This document shows, one piece after another, positions 13,509 through 25,586 of a stretch of 64,000 nt of DNA; the first letter of the stretch is position 1, and each line of letters starts with the position of its first letter. The notes below the pieces were generated by a model. That model was not told where the DNA came from. It ran no database searches and worked only from the letters and a program-made list of their open reading frames with translations. Origin of the DNA: Octopus vulgaris (Eukaryota). The stretch spans positions 14,198,001-14,262,000 of the forward strand of contig OX597826.1 in assembly GCA_951406725.2 (NCBI GenBank). The letters run 5' to 3'. The translations under genes and the position numbers were made by a program.

Positions 13509-13685
13509 TGATCGCCTTGATCCCCTTGACCGACCAGTCCGTCAGGCGTCCATTTGACACCGCTGGTCACAGCACGCTGTCCACTCCTCTCTGGATCGCG
13601 CCTTTCTCATCTACGTGATCCCATTCGTCCTCCTGAAATCGTAACTCCACCGTCGTGGAGGCCTTCCGGGTGGTCGTTTGAGATA
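13509..13685 (-). mobile_element. 3' end of an RTE-clade LINE
   Basis: Minus frame KRPPGRPPRRW..RKARSREEW, then a short 3' UTR ending in gatcaagg repeats. Confidence 0.7.
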
Positions 13686-14230
13686 ATTCCTAACATATAT
13701 TCTTCAGTTTTCGTACATTAAATGAGTTACAGAAGCACGCAGGCGCCCTTACACACTCACGCATGCACACACTCAAGAACACATGTACACACCCACACAC
13801 CCACACATGCACACACATATACAAACATATATGTATATATATAAATATTGACTGGCTAATGGATATCCCGAACCAACAACCTATGTAAGTTCTAAGTAAT
13901 TCCTGAAAAGAAGTACTTTACTTATACTTGTGAACTGTCTTGAAACTCCTATTCATTTTACATGGGTCAGCAGTACTTTCACTTTAGCCTGGACTGGCCA
14001 GAGAATAGAAATGTCTTCAAATTAACAATTTCACGTTTTTGGCCAAAATTGTGTAATTTCTATAGACATTGCTATATAGTATTCTATGTATATTCTTACT
14101 CTCTTCAAGTATAAATATGAATCTGTTGCTGGAAACGCTGAGACTCCACCTGAGAGACGAGCAAGCAACGTCGTAGAAGGATAATAGGTAATAAGTAATT
14201 CTTGCCATACTCAATAGAATTATCCACATA

Positions 14231-14535
14231 GGCGCAGGAGTGGCTGTGTGGTAAGTAGCTTGCTTACCAGCCACATGGTTCCTGGTTCAGTCCCACTGCG
14301 TGGAATCTTGGGCAAGTGTTTTCTACTATAGCCTCCTTGTGAGTGGATTTGGTAGACGGAAAAGCCCGTCGTATATATGTATATATGTAAGTATGTGTGT
14401 ACATATTTGTGTGTCTTTTTTGTCCCCCCCCCCCCCAACATGGCTTCACAACCGAGGCTGGTGTGTTTACGTTCCCGTAACTTAGCGGTGCGGCAAAAGG
14501 GTCCGATAGAATAAGTACCAGGCTTACAAAGAATG
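14231..14535 (+). mobile_element. SINE family B, 3'-truncated
   Basis: Starts ggcgcaggagtggctgtgtggtaag; matches other B copies up to ggcttacaaagaat. Confidence 0.85.
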
Positions 14536-14539
14536 ACTC

Positions 14540-15400
14540 CCTACCTTTCTAAGTCCAGTGGATTGAGATCTTTTTTTATAGGAGGCTGTGTTTGTAAGAA
14601 CCTGACCATGGTGATTATCGCGGATCCATATTTGGCTTTTCCTAGCCTTATAAGAAAGCGTGGAGTCTTCTTGGAAGACATATGGAATTCCTTTGCTCCG
14701 TCGCGTTCTCTGTCTATCCACAACCTTCTCCAACACCTCCGCGTAGACAGCGTCATGGACTCATAAGACCCGTGAAAAAAGAGGCGGAACCATAACATAT
14801 TCCTCCTTGCTGACGAATCCCAGAAACATCACTGTTTCTGGGTCTCTGCTTAAGAATCTGTAATTTCTTTTGGCCCGGATCGAATTTTTCTCATCGGAAA
14901 AACACCAAAACATTCCGGCCTCTGGCTGTTTTTAACTTGTTTAGCAAGCATTTTTCACGGACCAAATGATTCTCTCTTCACACGACCATCATAAACTGAA
15001 CCCTGCACAACACACACTGGATGTTCTCCCGCACATGGTGCATTCTGAAATTTTTGGTTCTTTGCAATGGCTCTGATTGACTTTTCTGGGGGTTTACCGG
15101 TTATTATTTGAAGTTTCTATATAAAGCTGTGTTCGTGAGGGATTAGGATACTGTGGATCCTCGTCAGCAGCTTCCAGATCCTTCCGAACTTTGACAAAAT
15201 AAGATTGGGTGACTTTGAGGAAGCCAACAATCTCTGTGTCGCTATGCTGCGCTATCAAGACAGGGATTAGAACATGCCGTTTCATTTGTTGAGTCCACTC
15301 GATGTGTGAGATTATTTATCTGAAACGTAAGGTTATAAAAAATAAGTTAGGCAAAAGATTACTTGACAGAAATCTCCTGAAAAAGCCCGACGCAACCTCT
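14540..15400 (-). mobile_element. Degenerate DD37D (maT-type) mariner-like transposon
   Basis: N-terminus KRHVLIPVLIAQHSDTEIVGFLKV; catalytic-region remnants VMFLGFVS, PYVFQEDS, DLNPLD. Confidence 0.75.
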
Positions 15401-15611
15401 ATGCGTGTGTATGTGTGTATTTAGCTATTAATTCATACGTATGTGTGTGAGTATATATATATTTATATGTACATAAATCTGCGTGTATGTATGTATAAAT
15501 GCGTATATTTAGCGATTGTTACAATTATATCATGTTTTTTCTATTTGATTGGAGTCATCAAAGGTTTTTTTACTTTCAAATTTACCGTTTCAATATTTAT
15601 ATCGATTCCAA

Positions 15612-15803
15612 GGCAGCGAGCTGGTAGAATTGTTAGCGCGCCAGGCGAAAGGCTTAGCAGTATTTCGCCTGTCACTACCTTCCGAGTTCAGATTCCGATG
15701 AGGTCAACTTTGCCTCGATATATTAAGTACCAGTGAAACACTGGGGGTTGATGCAACCCCTGATCCCAAATTTCGGGTCTTGTGACTATAGCAGAAAGGA
15801 TTA
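15612..15803 (+). mobile_element. SINE family A, older copy with tail variant 2
   Basis: Head ggcagcgagctggtagaa; tail ttgtgactatagcagaaaggatta. Confidence 0.75.
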
Positions 15804-15969
15804 TTTATATCGATTCTGTTTAGACATTGATAAAAGACAATAACATTGTTTTGAATTCCAGAAAATATAAATACTGAATTATTTTGGATGTAGGTTTTAT
15901 TTCCAAACAACATAAAATCCCGCTTCAACTATTATTTTGAACTTGATGCTAAATGATACTCATACAGTC

Positions 15970-16165
15970 GAATACACCAAATACTGATCGTAGCAAGGAA
16001 AGCTCTTGCCTGGAGCGCGTGTCATAAACTGAGAAGGGTATGGAGTTCAAAGTTATCAAGGAAAGGGTAAGTGAGGTTGTTTCTAGCAAAAGAGGAGTTA
16101 TTCTTCTATACAGGGCTGAAACATGGGCATTCACTAAAGCATTGAAGAATTTGCCGCTCAAATTT
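15970..16165 (+). mobile_element. RTE-type LINE RT C-terminal fragment
   Basis: RKALAWSACHKLRRVWSSKLSR..RLF / LLYRAETWAFTKAL. Confidence 0.7.
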
Positions 16166-16382
16166 CAGCTATATTAAGGCTCACAGGGAGGTGCAGATGT
16201 TACTCACGTAAAAATTTGGAAACAATGATAAATGACAACTGTAGGAAATTCGTGTTTCGAAAAGGAGGTCATAAGGACATTACGATGATGTATTAATAAA
16301 AAAAATAATAAAAATGTGGTGAAAATTATAGTACAAAATCTAGTTTCATATTTCCAAAGTGAATTAATATTTTGAATGTAAA

Positions 16383-16582
16383 GGCAGCGAGCTGGTAGAA
16401 ACGTTAGCATGCCGGACGAAATGCTTAGTGGTGTTTCGCCTGTCTTAATGTTCTGAGTTCGACTTTGCCTTTCATCATTGCAGGGTCGATAACTTAATTA
16501 CCAGTCGCTTACTGGGGTCGATCTAATCGACTGGCCCCCACTACAAAAATTTCGGGCCTTGTACCTAGAGTACAAAAGAATA
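16383..16582 (+). mobile_element. SINE family A, tail variant 2
   Basis: Same head and body as 2927-3156; tail ggccttgtacctagagtacaaaagaat. Confidence 0.8.
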
Positions 16583-17324
16583 TTTTGAATACAGAATGGT
16601 ATTGATATACTATAATAGAGATTCAATTGTTAGGAGTAACAAAAACATTCCTGATCACGTAGCAACAAGATGTAACGTGGTTGCTTTGTATTCTTCTGAA
16701 AATATTAGACATACACCATGTATATTATACTAAATAATTAAATAACGCTAGTGTCTATAAAAAAGGATGTGATGTACCTACGAGCAAAAATACGAAGCAA
16801 ACAAGGACACGCACGTATACACACATACACAAACACACACACGCACACATGCACACATTCACTTAAATATATATACATACACATATGCACGTATTTATGT
16901 GTTTGCAGACACGAAAGTATATACATATATGTGCCTGTATATAAGTTCATTTAAGTATGAATATATGAACACACGTCTCCGAATCTGTTGTCTATGTGCG
17001 TATATACATATGTGGGTTTGTGTGTGTGTGTGAAGTGCGTCTATGTATGCACAGATAGATTATGAAGAGAGAGAGAGAGAGAGAGAGAGAGCGGAATAGA
17101 CACATAGATATGAATCAAGTTATTCGACTTTTGCTTGCAGTTAAAATTTAATTTATGCACGACAGAAGAAGGATACGAAATGTTCTCCCGGATAAGAATG
17201 AACTCTGAAAAGCCAAGTACGAAAATTAATCACGTAAAACAATTTTTCCGGTTGACTCTCTTCGACGACTATGTCAGTTTCACTATATATATGTGATCTT
17301 TGAAAAAGTCTACGACTGCATTTG

Positions 17325-17391
<67 letters not shown>

Positions 17392-17427
17392 CATATATGT
17401 ATATATATACATATATATATATATACA

Positions 17428-17485
<58 letters not shown>

Positions 17486-18130
17486 CATATATATATAGAG
17501 AGATAGATAGATAATATATAAATATATGCATATATACATATATGTACATACCTACATATATATGTATATATACATACATATATGGGTACAGGACATCATA
17601 AAAACGTTAAGCATAATGAGAAACGAAAACATAGAAACGAACTTTTTTTCAAACAACGAAAAACACAGAGTACAAGACATACAACACAGGGAATATTCCA
17701 CGTTTCGAAGGTAAGGACGAGACGCGACTTCGGTGAAACAGTCATTCCCGCAAAGCAAATTAAATAAAAGTTAGGATTTTTTGCGGAGGGTAAAAGTGGT
17801 AACAAGAACAGGACAGTAAGAACAAAACAAGATAGTAAAAACAATAAAAAAATAACAACAGTAAAAGACAGAACAATGAGAATAAAACAGTAAAAACAAA
17901 CGATGAGGACTTTTAAGTCAAGACGAGGGAAAAATTATTTTGAACGCTTAAGGAGATAACTTGTGAAAAAGACAGAATAAGCTGGTCTGGTCTTGGTGAA
18001 GATATATCCAGAGTCGCTCCTGGCTGTTAGCTGGGTAGGTACAGTCTTTTGAAAGATTGCACAGTAGCAAGTGGTTCGGTTGGTAAACCGGAATTTAGGT
18101 TATATAAGAGACGAAAATGGATACAATAAT

Positions 18131-18238
18131 AATGGGAAACTCATGGTTTACGCTGACATGTCTTTAATTAAATACTTCTTACTTCATTGTTGCGTATTTA
18201 ATTAAAGACATGCCAGTGTAAACCATGCGTTTCCCATT
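18131..18238. repeat. 45-bp inverted repeat with 18-nt loop (42/45 matches)
   Basis: aatgggaaactcatggtttacgctgacatgtctttaattaaatac ... gtatttaattaaagacatgccagtgtaaaccatgcgtttcccatt. Confidence 0.9.
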
Positions 18239-18639
18239 CTTATTATATTAATTTTCTTCTCTGATATATATATATATATGGAAAGTTATGGCAGGTCATA
18301 GAGTCACCATTGGTTTCGCTCACCTATAAAGCCCTTGAGTCGGCTGCACTGTAAAGTGTTTTATGGGTACGATACCAATTACCTTTCTGTTACCGGCCAT
18401 TATTTCTAACTTCCTAAAGAATATATGCCATACACACACGCGCACACAAACACACACACACACAACGTTTGGACACACGCATATCTATCGTCGGACATTC
18501 ATATGTGTATGTGTGAGAGGGAAGGTGTGTCTGTGTGTGTATTTTTACTAGCTCCAGTTCGAGAGCTGCGGCCATGCTGGGGTAACACCGTGAGTTTTGC
18601 TACCACTTACCTTCTTGAACCCCCCTCCTGTGATATGTA

Positions 18640-19930
18640 GCATTTAATGAATGTCGGAGTTTGAAGTTGTTGCCCTCAATTGCGCTTCTTGCCACAAAAT
18701 AGGTTCATCCAAATCTCTTGATAGGAGGGAATACAGTTTTGTTTTGAAAGCACCAACATCCTCCTACTGTTGGTTTCTCCGGTATTTTAGAAGGATATTG
18801 AAAAGTGGTGAGCCCTTGAAACCCAAGTTGTTGCAATATCTGGTCCTGTATCTTGATGTCAATGTTGAGATTGTTGACACTGTCCTGTGGCGCACCGTTT
18901 GTGTAAGTTTCAATGCTGTAGTCTGGTAGAATTCCTCCCAGGATTTTCCAGATATCTATAACTGCATATCTTTCTCACATTTTTTCAAGGATATAGAGTC
19001 TTTACTTTTTCCGTTTTTCTCAGTAGCTTCCATGTAGGAATGATACGATCATCTTTGTATAGCTTCGCTCGATTGCTTCGAGTTCCACCGTAAATTTTAC
19101 GCTGTATGGTGATCATAGTTTGAGGCAGTAGTTAAACGGCTGAGGAAAATGTCCTCCAGAGAACCATACTTGTTTTCTGTTATTTTGTTCAGAAAGGTTT
19201 CTAGGATCTATCTAACTAACTGCCTGCATTTTATTGCCAAGTCAATAACATGCATTCGGAAAGATGCATCATTGTCGTTTCAATGCTCAGGTCGCGCACT
19301 AATTGTGATTCAGAGATTACAACCCCTCCTCAGTCAGTGTATCCTGTCTGCTTGTCATGCAGTTTGGCATGCTGGTAGTGTAGAGCTTGGAATTTTCCAG
19401 TATTAAACAGTATGTTATTGCCTTCAGTCCGCCTGAATATTGCGCCCATCAGCTGTTGCAAGTGCGCAATAAACCCAGGATTCTCTAGTCCCAGTGAAAA
19501 TAGTTTATCGTCTGGATTACTTGCAACGGAGGCTATATGGGTAGCTGAGATACGTCTGATAGAGTCACTACAAATTATAGCCTTAAGATATCGCCCTATG
19601 GGTAACCATTTACCATTCATTTTTTGTGATTCCTTTGAAGTAAACCCGTTGATTACTACTACCTGATCTCTTGCTTTTAGAATGTCGTATGCCCACACTC
19701 TAAGTATCGCAACTATGCAAAGACCACGCCGATCGTAGTATATCATACATTATTCGATTTTATCAGAGGCTTTAGCAAAGTTGAAATATATCATGCCCAC
19801 TTTTGAATTGCTGAGTAGCTGCTTTAACATGAAGATGTAGTGCTGTGAGAACTGTATTAGGCAGCTTGTATCTGGCCAAAAACCATGCTGGGTGTCAGTC
19901 AGCATGTCATTCTCTTCAAGGAGCACAATT
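18640..19930 (-). mobile_element. Degenerate CR1-like LINE, RT through C-terminus
   Basis: QHGF..SCL, IYFNFAKASDKI (YLDFAKAFDKV-like), RDQVVVING, NNILFNTGKFQ, LFNIL..FKTKL..DEP..SNS. Confidence 0.8.
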
Positions 19931-20520
19931 ACTTCAATCCCTATAATTATGATGGGGGATTTTAATGTACTCTGTGTTGATTGGATTACAAATATTTTGA
20001 AATCAGGCACTCCCACCTCAACTGCTGATAAAGAAGCAGTAGAATCACTTCTCGACTTTATGAATGAGTTTTTCTTGTCCCAACTTGACCTTGCACCAAC
20101 AAGATATGAGAACAGTTTAGACCTTGTGTTTAGTAACCACACTAACACTATACACAATATTACAGTGGAAAAAACCCATTCTTTCAGACATAAAATGGTT
20201 CTCTGTAACCTGAGACTCCACTAGCCAAAAGCTAACCGTAGTGACCTCTCTCCAAACAAACCCATTTGATACTATGGATCTCTATAATGCCGACTGGGAT
20301 GCAATCATAAACGAGATATCACATGCTGGTTTGTCTTTCACACATGGAAACACCTCCCCCAGCATCAAAATATTTTCGCAGATGTTTGTTAACAGTGTCA
20401 CAAACTTGTGCCAAACATACCCCACCATGATCAATGAAGAAAACTAAGTGCAAAATTCCCCAAAACAGAAAAACGACTATCAGAAAAATTAAAAGGAAAA
20501 ACAAAACAAAAAAATACCAA
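19930..20520 (+). mobile_element. APE-type endonuclease C-terminal fragment of a CR1-like LINE, inverted relative to the adjacent RT
   Basis: IIMMGDFNVLCVDW..LSQ..PTRYENSLDLVFSN. Confidence 0.8.
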
Positions 20521-20614
20521 ACTAAAATACTGCTAACAGCCACAAATATATACGTATGTATATATGTATATACAAATATGTATGGAAATATTAATATTTC
20601 TAAGTCTCTCTAAA

Positions 20615-20745
20615 GGAGACTACGGCAGCGGTATCGGATATTAATAGTTATCGCCAAGCTAACATGGCAGTCCAGAAAAATAGGACGAATGCTGCCGTTG
20701 ATTAGCTCCAAGAAGCCATCGCCTCTAGCTAGCTTTGTGACACAC
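20615..20745 (+). repeat. Member of a structured dispersed repeat family (related to 35621-36367)
   Basis: Shares gcca..aac.tggcagtcc..aggacga..ttagc.cca.ga..gacac with the copies at 35.6-36.4 kb. Confidence 0.65.
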
Positions 20746-20825
20746 GAACCTATATGTGTATATATATATATATATATTTATATGTGTATGTGTGTGTATG
20801 TATATATGCATATATATATATATGT

Positions 20826-20895
<70 letters not shown>

Positions 20896-20956
20896 CATAT
20901 ATACTTATATACATATATACATATATGTATGTGTGTATATGCATATGTATATGTAT

Positions 20957-21445
20957 GCGCCCCACACATAATAATGAAGGGAGTTGCAGTATGGGGAGTT
21001 AGGTGGCCAAATGTTAGGCGTGATGTGATCGCAGAAATTTCCTGACAGCTATGACTGGATTCTCCTGCGTGTGTGGCGTGGTGTAGTGTTCTGTTGCCAG
21101 ATATAGTGTCTTCCAGCAGCCACTCCCTGGACACTCCTCCAGACACTTGATGCTGGCCTCAGTGTTGAGTCTGAAGCCGTGTAGAAAGATGAATGAAGGC
21201 ATAACATCGCCATCACTAGTGATCACTCTAAACACCATGATGTTGACTGAATGTCTGATTTTTATCACGATCGATACATATTCGTATTGGCAGAGTGAAT
21301 TATCTCATGGTTTTTTCAGAGGCGGTGCCTGCTGAACCTACTATTATGTGTAGTCGACAAAATAATAATAATAAAAAAACAGACAATGCGCATGCACGAA
21401 ATCAAAATTATAAATTGGTGACAATTTACCCATCGCACGCTCTAT
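20957..21445 (-). mobile_element. Internally deleted DD37D (maT-type) transposon
   Basis: NIMVFRVITSDGDVMPSFIF..RLNTE..CLEE; [10 protein letters not shown] / YYVWG; TIR-like end near 21415-21445. Confidence 0.8.
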
Positions 21446-22284
21446 ATATGAAATATATTTGTGGTGAGCATCTATATGTATTCATATATGCGTGTGTCTG
21501 ATAAGGAAAAAGGAATAAGAAGATATATAAAAAAATACAACAATATTATATTTAAACTTCTTCCTAGTGTTGCCAGTCTTGAAATTACAAACTGTTTATG
21601 AAAACTGTAATCCTGAATAGTATAGGTGTTTGAGCATATCCTATGCCGAGAATAAAACTGTGATATCTATTTTGCATAGATGTCTGCACTTATAACTATT
21701 GAGAGATATCATTATGTGATATATTCATTATATCTCAATGGATTTGGCTTTGGTTTCATGCTTTTGCTTGATAGGACTGGGTCATTCAAAGTTAGTGGTC
21801 TCAGCGGCATTATCTTACATAGAGGCGACAATGTCTACCACTGTTCTCCATCGCTGACGGTCCCGATCTAGGTCACTGGTGGACATAATATATTTTGCTT
21901 CTCAAACAACGAATTATGCTATTAGGAATACACCAGCGAATTTGTTTTATATCGATACATCTCTCAAGTTTCAATGCCAATCAAAGAGTGACGACATTCT
22001 AATGTTGGACCCACTTTCAAACATCGCCAACGTTTATGAAAGATCAAAGATTGGGAAAAGGCTCGGGGCAGAATTTATTCAAACTACTATCCTTCATATT
22101 TGAAGTTGTGATTAGAAGCAATTTTGGACGAAGCTGCTGTTATCTGATTTTGTACAAAATCAGGTAGTGGTTTTTTTTTTATGGCAATTTCGAACAGGTT
22201 ATTAGATAAACATACAAGAAATTACATGAGAACTTCTGCATGCACGCATGAAAGATCGGTTGTTTTCGAAACCGAATACTCGAT

Positions 22285-22290
22285 ATCTAT

Positions 22291-22371
<81 letters not shown>

Positions 22372-22376
22372 AATCA

Positions 22377-22453
<77 letters not shown>

Positions 22454-22470
22454 CCTATCTATCTATCTAC

Positions 22471-22508
<38 letters not shown>

Positions 22509-22568
22509 GTCTGTCTGTCTTTCTGTCTGTCTATCTGTCTGTCTGTCTTTCTGCCTGCCTGCCTGTCT
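22285..22568. repeat. (TATC)n/(TGTC)n microsatellite
   Basis: Direct reading. Confidence 0.95.
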
Positions 22569-22630
22569 CAATGTCCACCACCCCTCTGACAGTCCGTCCA
22601 TTTATACATAAATGTATGCATATATGTATG

Positions 22631-22661
<31 letters not shown>

Positions 22662-23769
22662 ATGTATGGGGAGAGAGAGGACAGACAAGGTATTCAATAA
22701 TATGTATAACCCAGCAATATAAAAAAGTTAATGCAAGAATGTATATTGCACACATTATTTTAGCTGAGTTGGCATAAACTGCAATAATTTGGTTCATATT
22801 TTACGAATTGAAAGCAAAAGCGTCATTAAATGAAACGTTGTTTTCATCTATGTACCTGATACGTTATTTAAGATGACGAAAATAAATATGTTGTGCAAGG
22901 AATACGATGGTATATTTGATCTTATCTGTTTTCATAAATGACAATAGAAAGGATAATTTTCTGATGTAGAATGTTGTATAATATACTAATGGGTTTTACA
23001 TTTGGATAATTTCAAAATCTTCTTTTACAAATAGTTTTATTCGTGACAAGAAAATATTTATATGCTGAATGTTTGCCTTCGTTGTGGTTTCCATGTAAGA
23101 ATATATTTTTCCTTTCAGAGCCCAAGAATACACCCTTCGTTTCTCTATTTATAATATTTGGCATATTGTTATAAATATAGTTATTCTTTTCTTTTTCGTT
23201 GGTGACAGTTTAATTTTCATTGTTAATTTTCCTGGACATTACGCATTTTGTTAAATTTTGTAAAAACATTTCCAGCCTTTTAAATGAAATTTCATGCTCT
23301 GAAATGAATTCATGCATTTATTCGCATTTAAGGCGTTATAATAAAAAGGACTGGATTGTCAGTTCTAATTTAAAGTTATACAAAAGTATCCAGTAAATTT
23401 CCAAGATGAAGTGAATTATATGAGCGAGAGATAATATCTATGGAGGCTTTTACTAATGACGTTTGCAATTTCTATCATGGGTGTGCGCGTACGAAACAAG
23501 CTAATACAAAGTTTTCTATTTTCGGGTGTCTGTGGCTGAATGATATTTATACATACAAACACATCACTGTAAGTTACTTTATATATACAAACACATCACG
23601 AAGTTACTTTATTCTGGAAATTATTTCAGATAGTATACTTGACAACAGTGTAATATTATTTTTCACCGAATGATTCATTTTGATATGTAAGCATACATGT
23701 ATATATGTATTTATGTATGTGTATATGTAAATAAGAATGTATGTATATGTGCGTGCATGTATGTGTATG

Positions 23770-24205
<436 letters not shown>

Positions 24206-24747
24206 ATATGTATATAATAAACTAGTTGAGCTATAACTTTAATTTAGTTTCTACGAACAATGAATAATAATTTTTGACGTCTTACCAGTAAATTACCAAA
24301 CCGTATTCAAACAATTATATGTATATGGAAATAGATATATGTGTGTGTTTCAGTATGTGCGTGTGTGCGTGTTTGTGTGTGTGTATGCATTTATGCTTGT
24401 ATCGTAGAGAGTGAGTGAAAGGGAAATGTCAGAGTTTGTTTTTTTATGTATGTTTCTTTGTGTATAAATATAGATATACATATATGTATGTGTATGTATG
24501 TGTATATATATGAGGATAATTTTATAACTTCGTTAGACCGAAGGGCAAAAATAAATATAGGACTCCGTCTGGATGTGCTCAGCTGATACCCAAGCGAAAG
24601 GAGAAATAAATTGAAAAGTATAATGAATAAACATTCCAGTCAGTCAACACAACTTTATATCATACCTAAATTATCAAAAATCGAATATAAGTATTATATT
24701 AAAATAATAGGGCATCCAATAGTGCAACATATATACACAATATATAC

Positions 24748-25144
24748 GCCGGAGTGGCTGTGTGGTAAGTAGCTTGCTAACCACCCACATGGTTCCGTGT
24801 TCAGTCCCACTGCGTGGCACCTTGGGCAAGTGTCTTCTGCTATAGCCCCGGGCCGACCAATACCTTGTGAGTGGATTTGGTAGACGGAAACTGAAAGAAG
24901 CCTGTCGTATATATGTATATATATATATGTATGTGTGTGTGTTTGTGTGTCCGTGTTTGTCCCCCTAGCATTGCTTGACAACCGATGCTGGTGTGTTTAT
25001 GTCCCCGTCACTTAGCGCTTCGGCCAAAGAGACCGATAGAATAAGTACTGGGCTTACAAAGAATAAGTCCCGGGGTCGATTATAGGCGGTGCTCCAGCAT
25101 GGCCGCAGTAAAATGACTGAAACAAGTAAAAGAGTAAAGAGTAA
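24748..25144 (+). mobile_element. SINE family B, near full length
   Basis: Head to tail (..gactgaaacaagtaaaagagtaaagagtaa). Confidence 0.9.
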
Positions 25145-25586
25145 TAAAATGTGATAAAACTTAAAAGGTTTATACGAGTGAAGTCGAATGAAGAAAAATA
25201 TACGGAATAAATTCATGCATAATAAAGGTGACTAAAAATTTAATGGAGCTAAAATAATATAAATATAAATAAAAATACAAGAGTATAAATATAAAAAATA
25301 AAGTGTAAGGAAACCACAACAGAGTCCATTGAAGCCCATCTCTTCGATCGTTTCAAAGGATGCTGCTTCACATCGTTAATGTACAATCCATTAAGTAATT
25401 CCAATGGCAACATCATCAGGAGAAAACGGTACACTTTTGGTTATTACATTGCTCAGTTGCAGACACGTTAAAATAGACAAGTTAAAATAAAAATTGAGCG
25501 GATTCAAGCGAGGATTAGTCCACTGTCCATTTCAAAGATAAGGAATTTACTATAGGTTCTACTCCATTTCAATTCGAGATTACAGC

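Noticed and set aside
20600-20700. HDV-like or type III hammerhead assignment for the covarying repeat
   Set aside because: There is no CUGANGA core, and I could not place a consistent P1/P1.1 pseudoknot in both copies.
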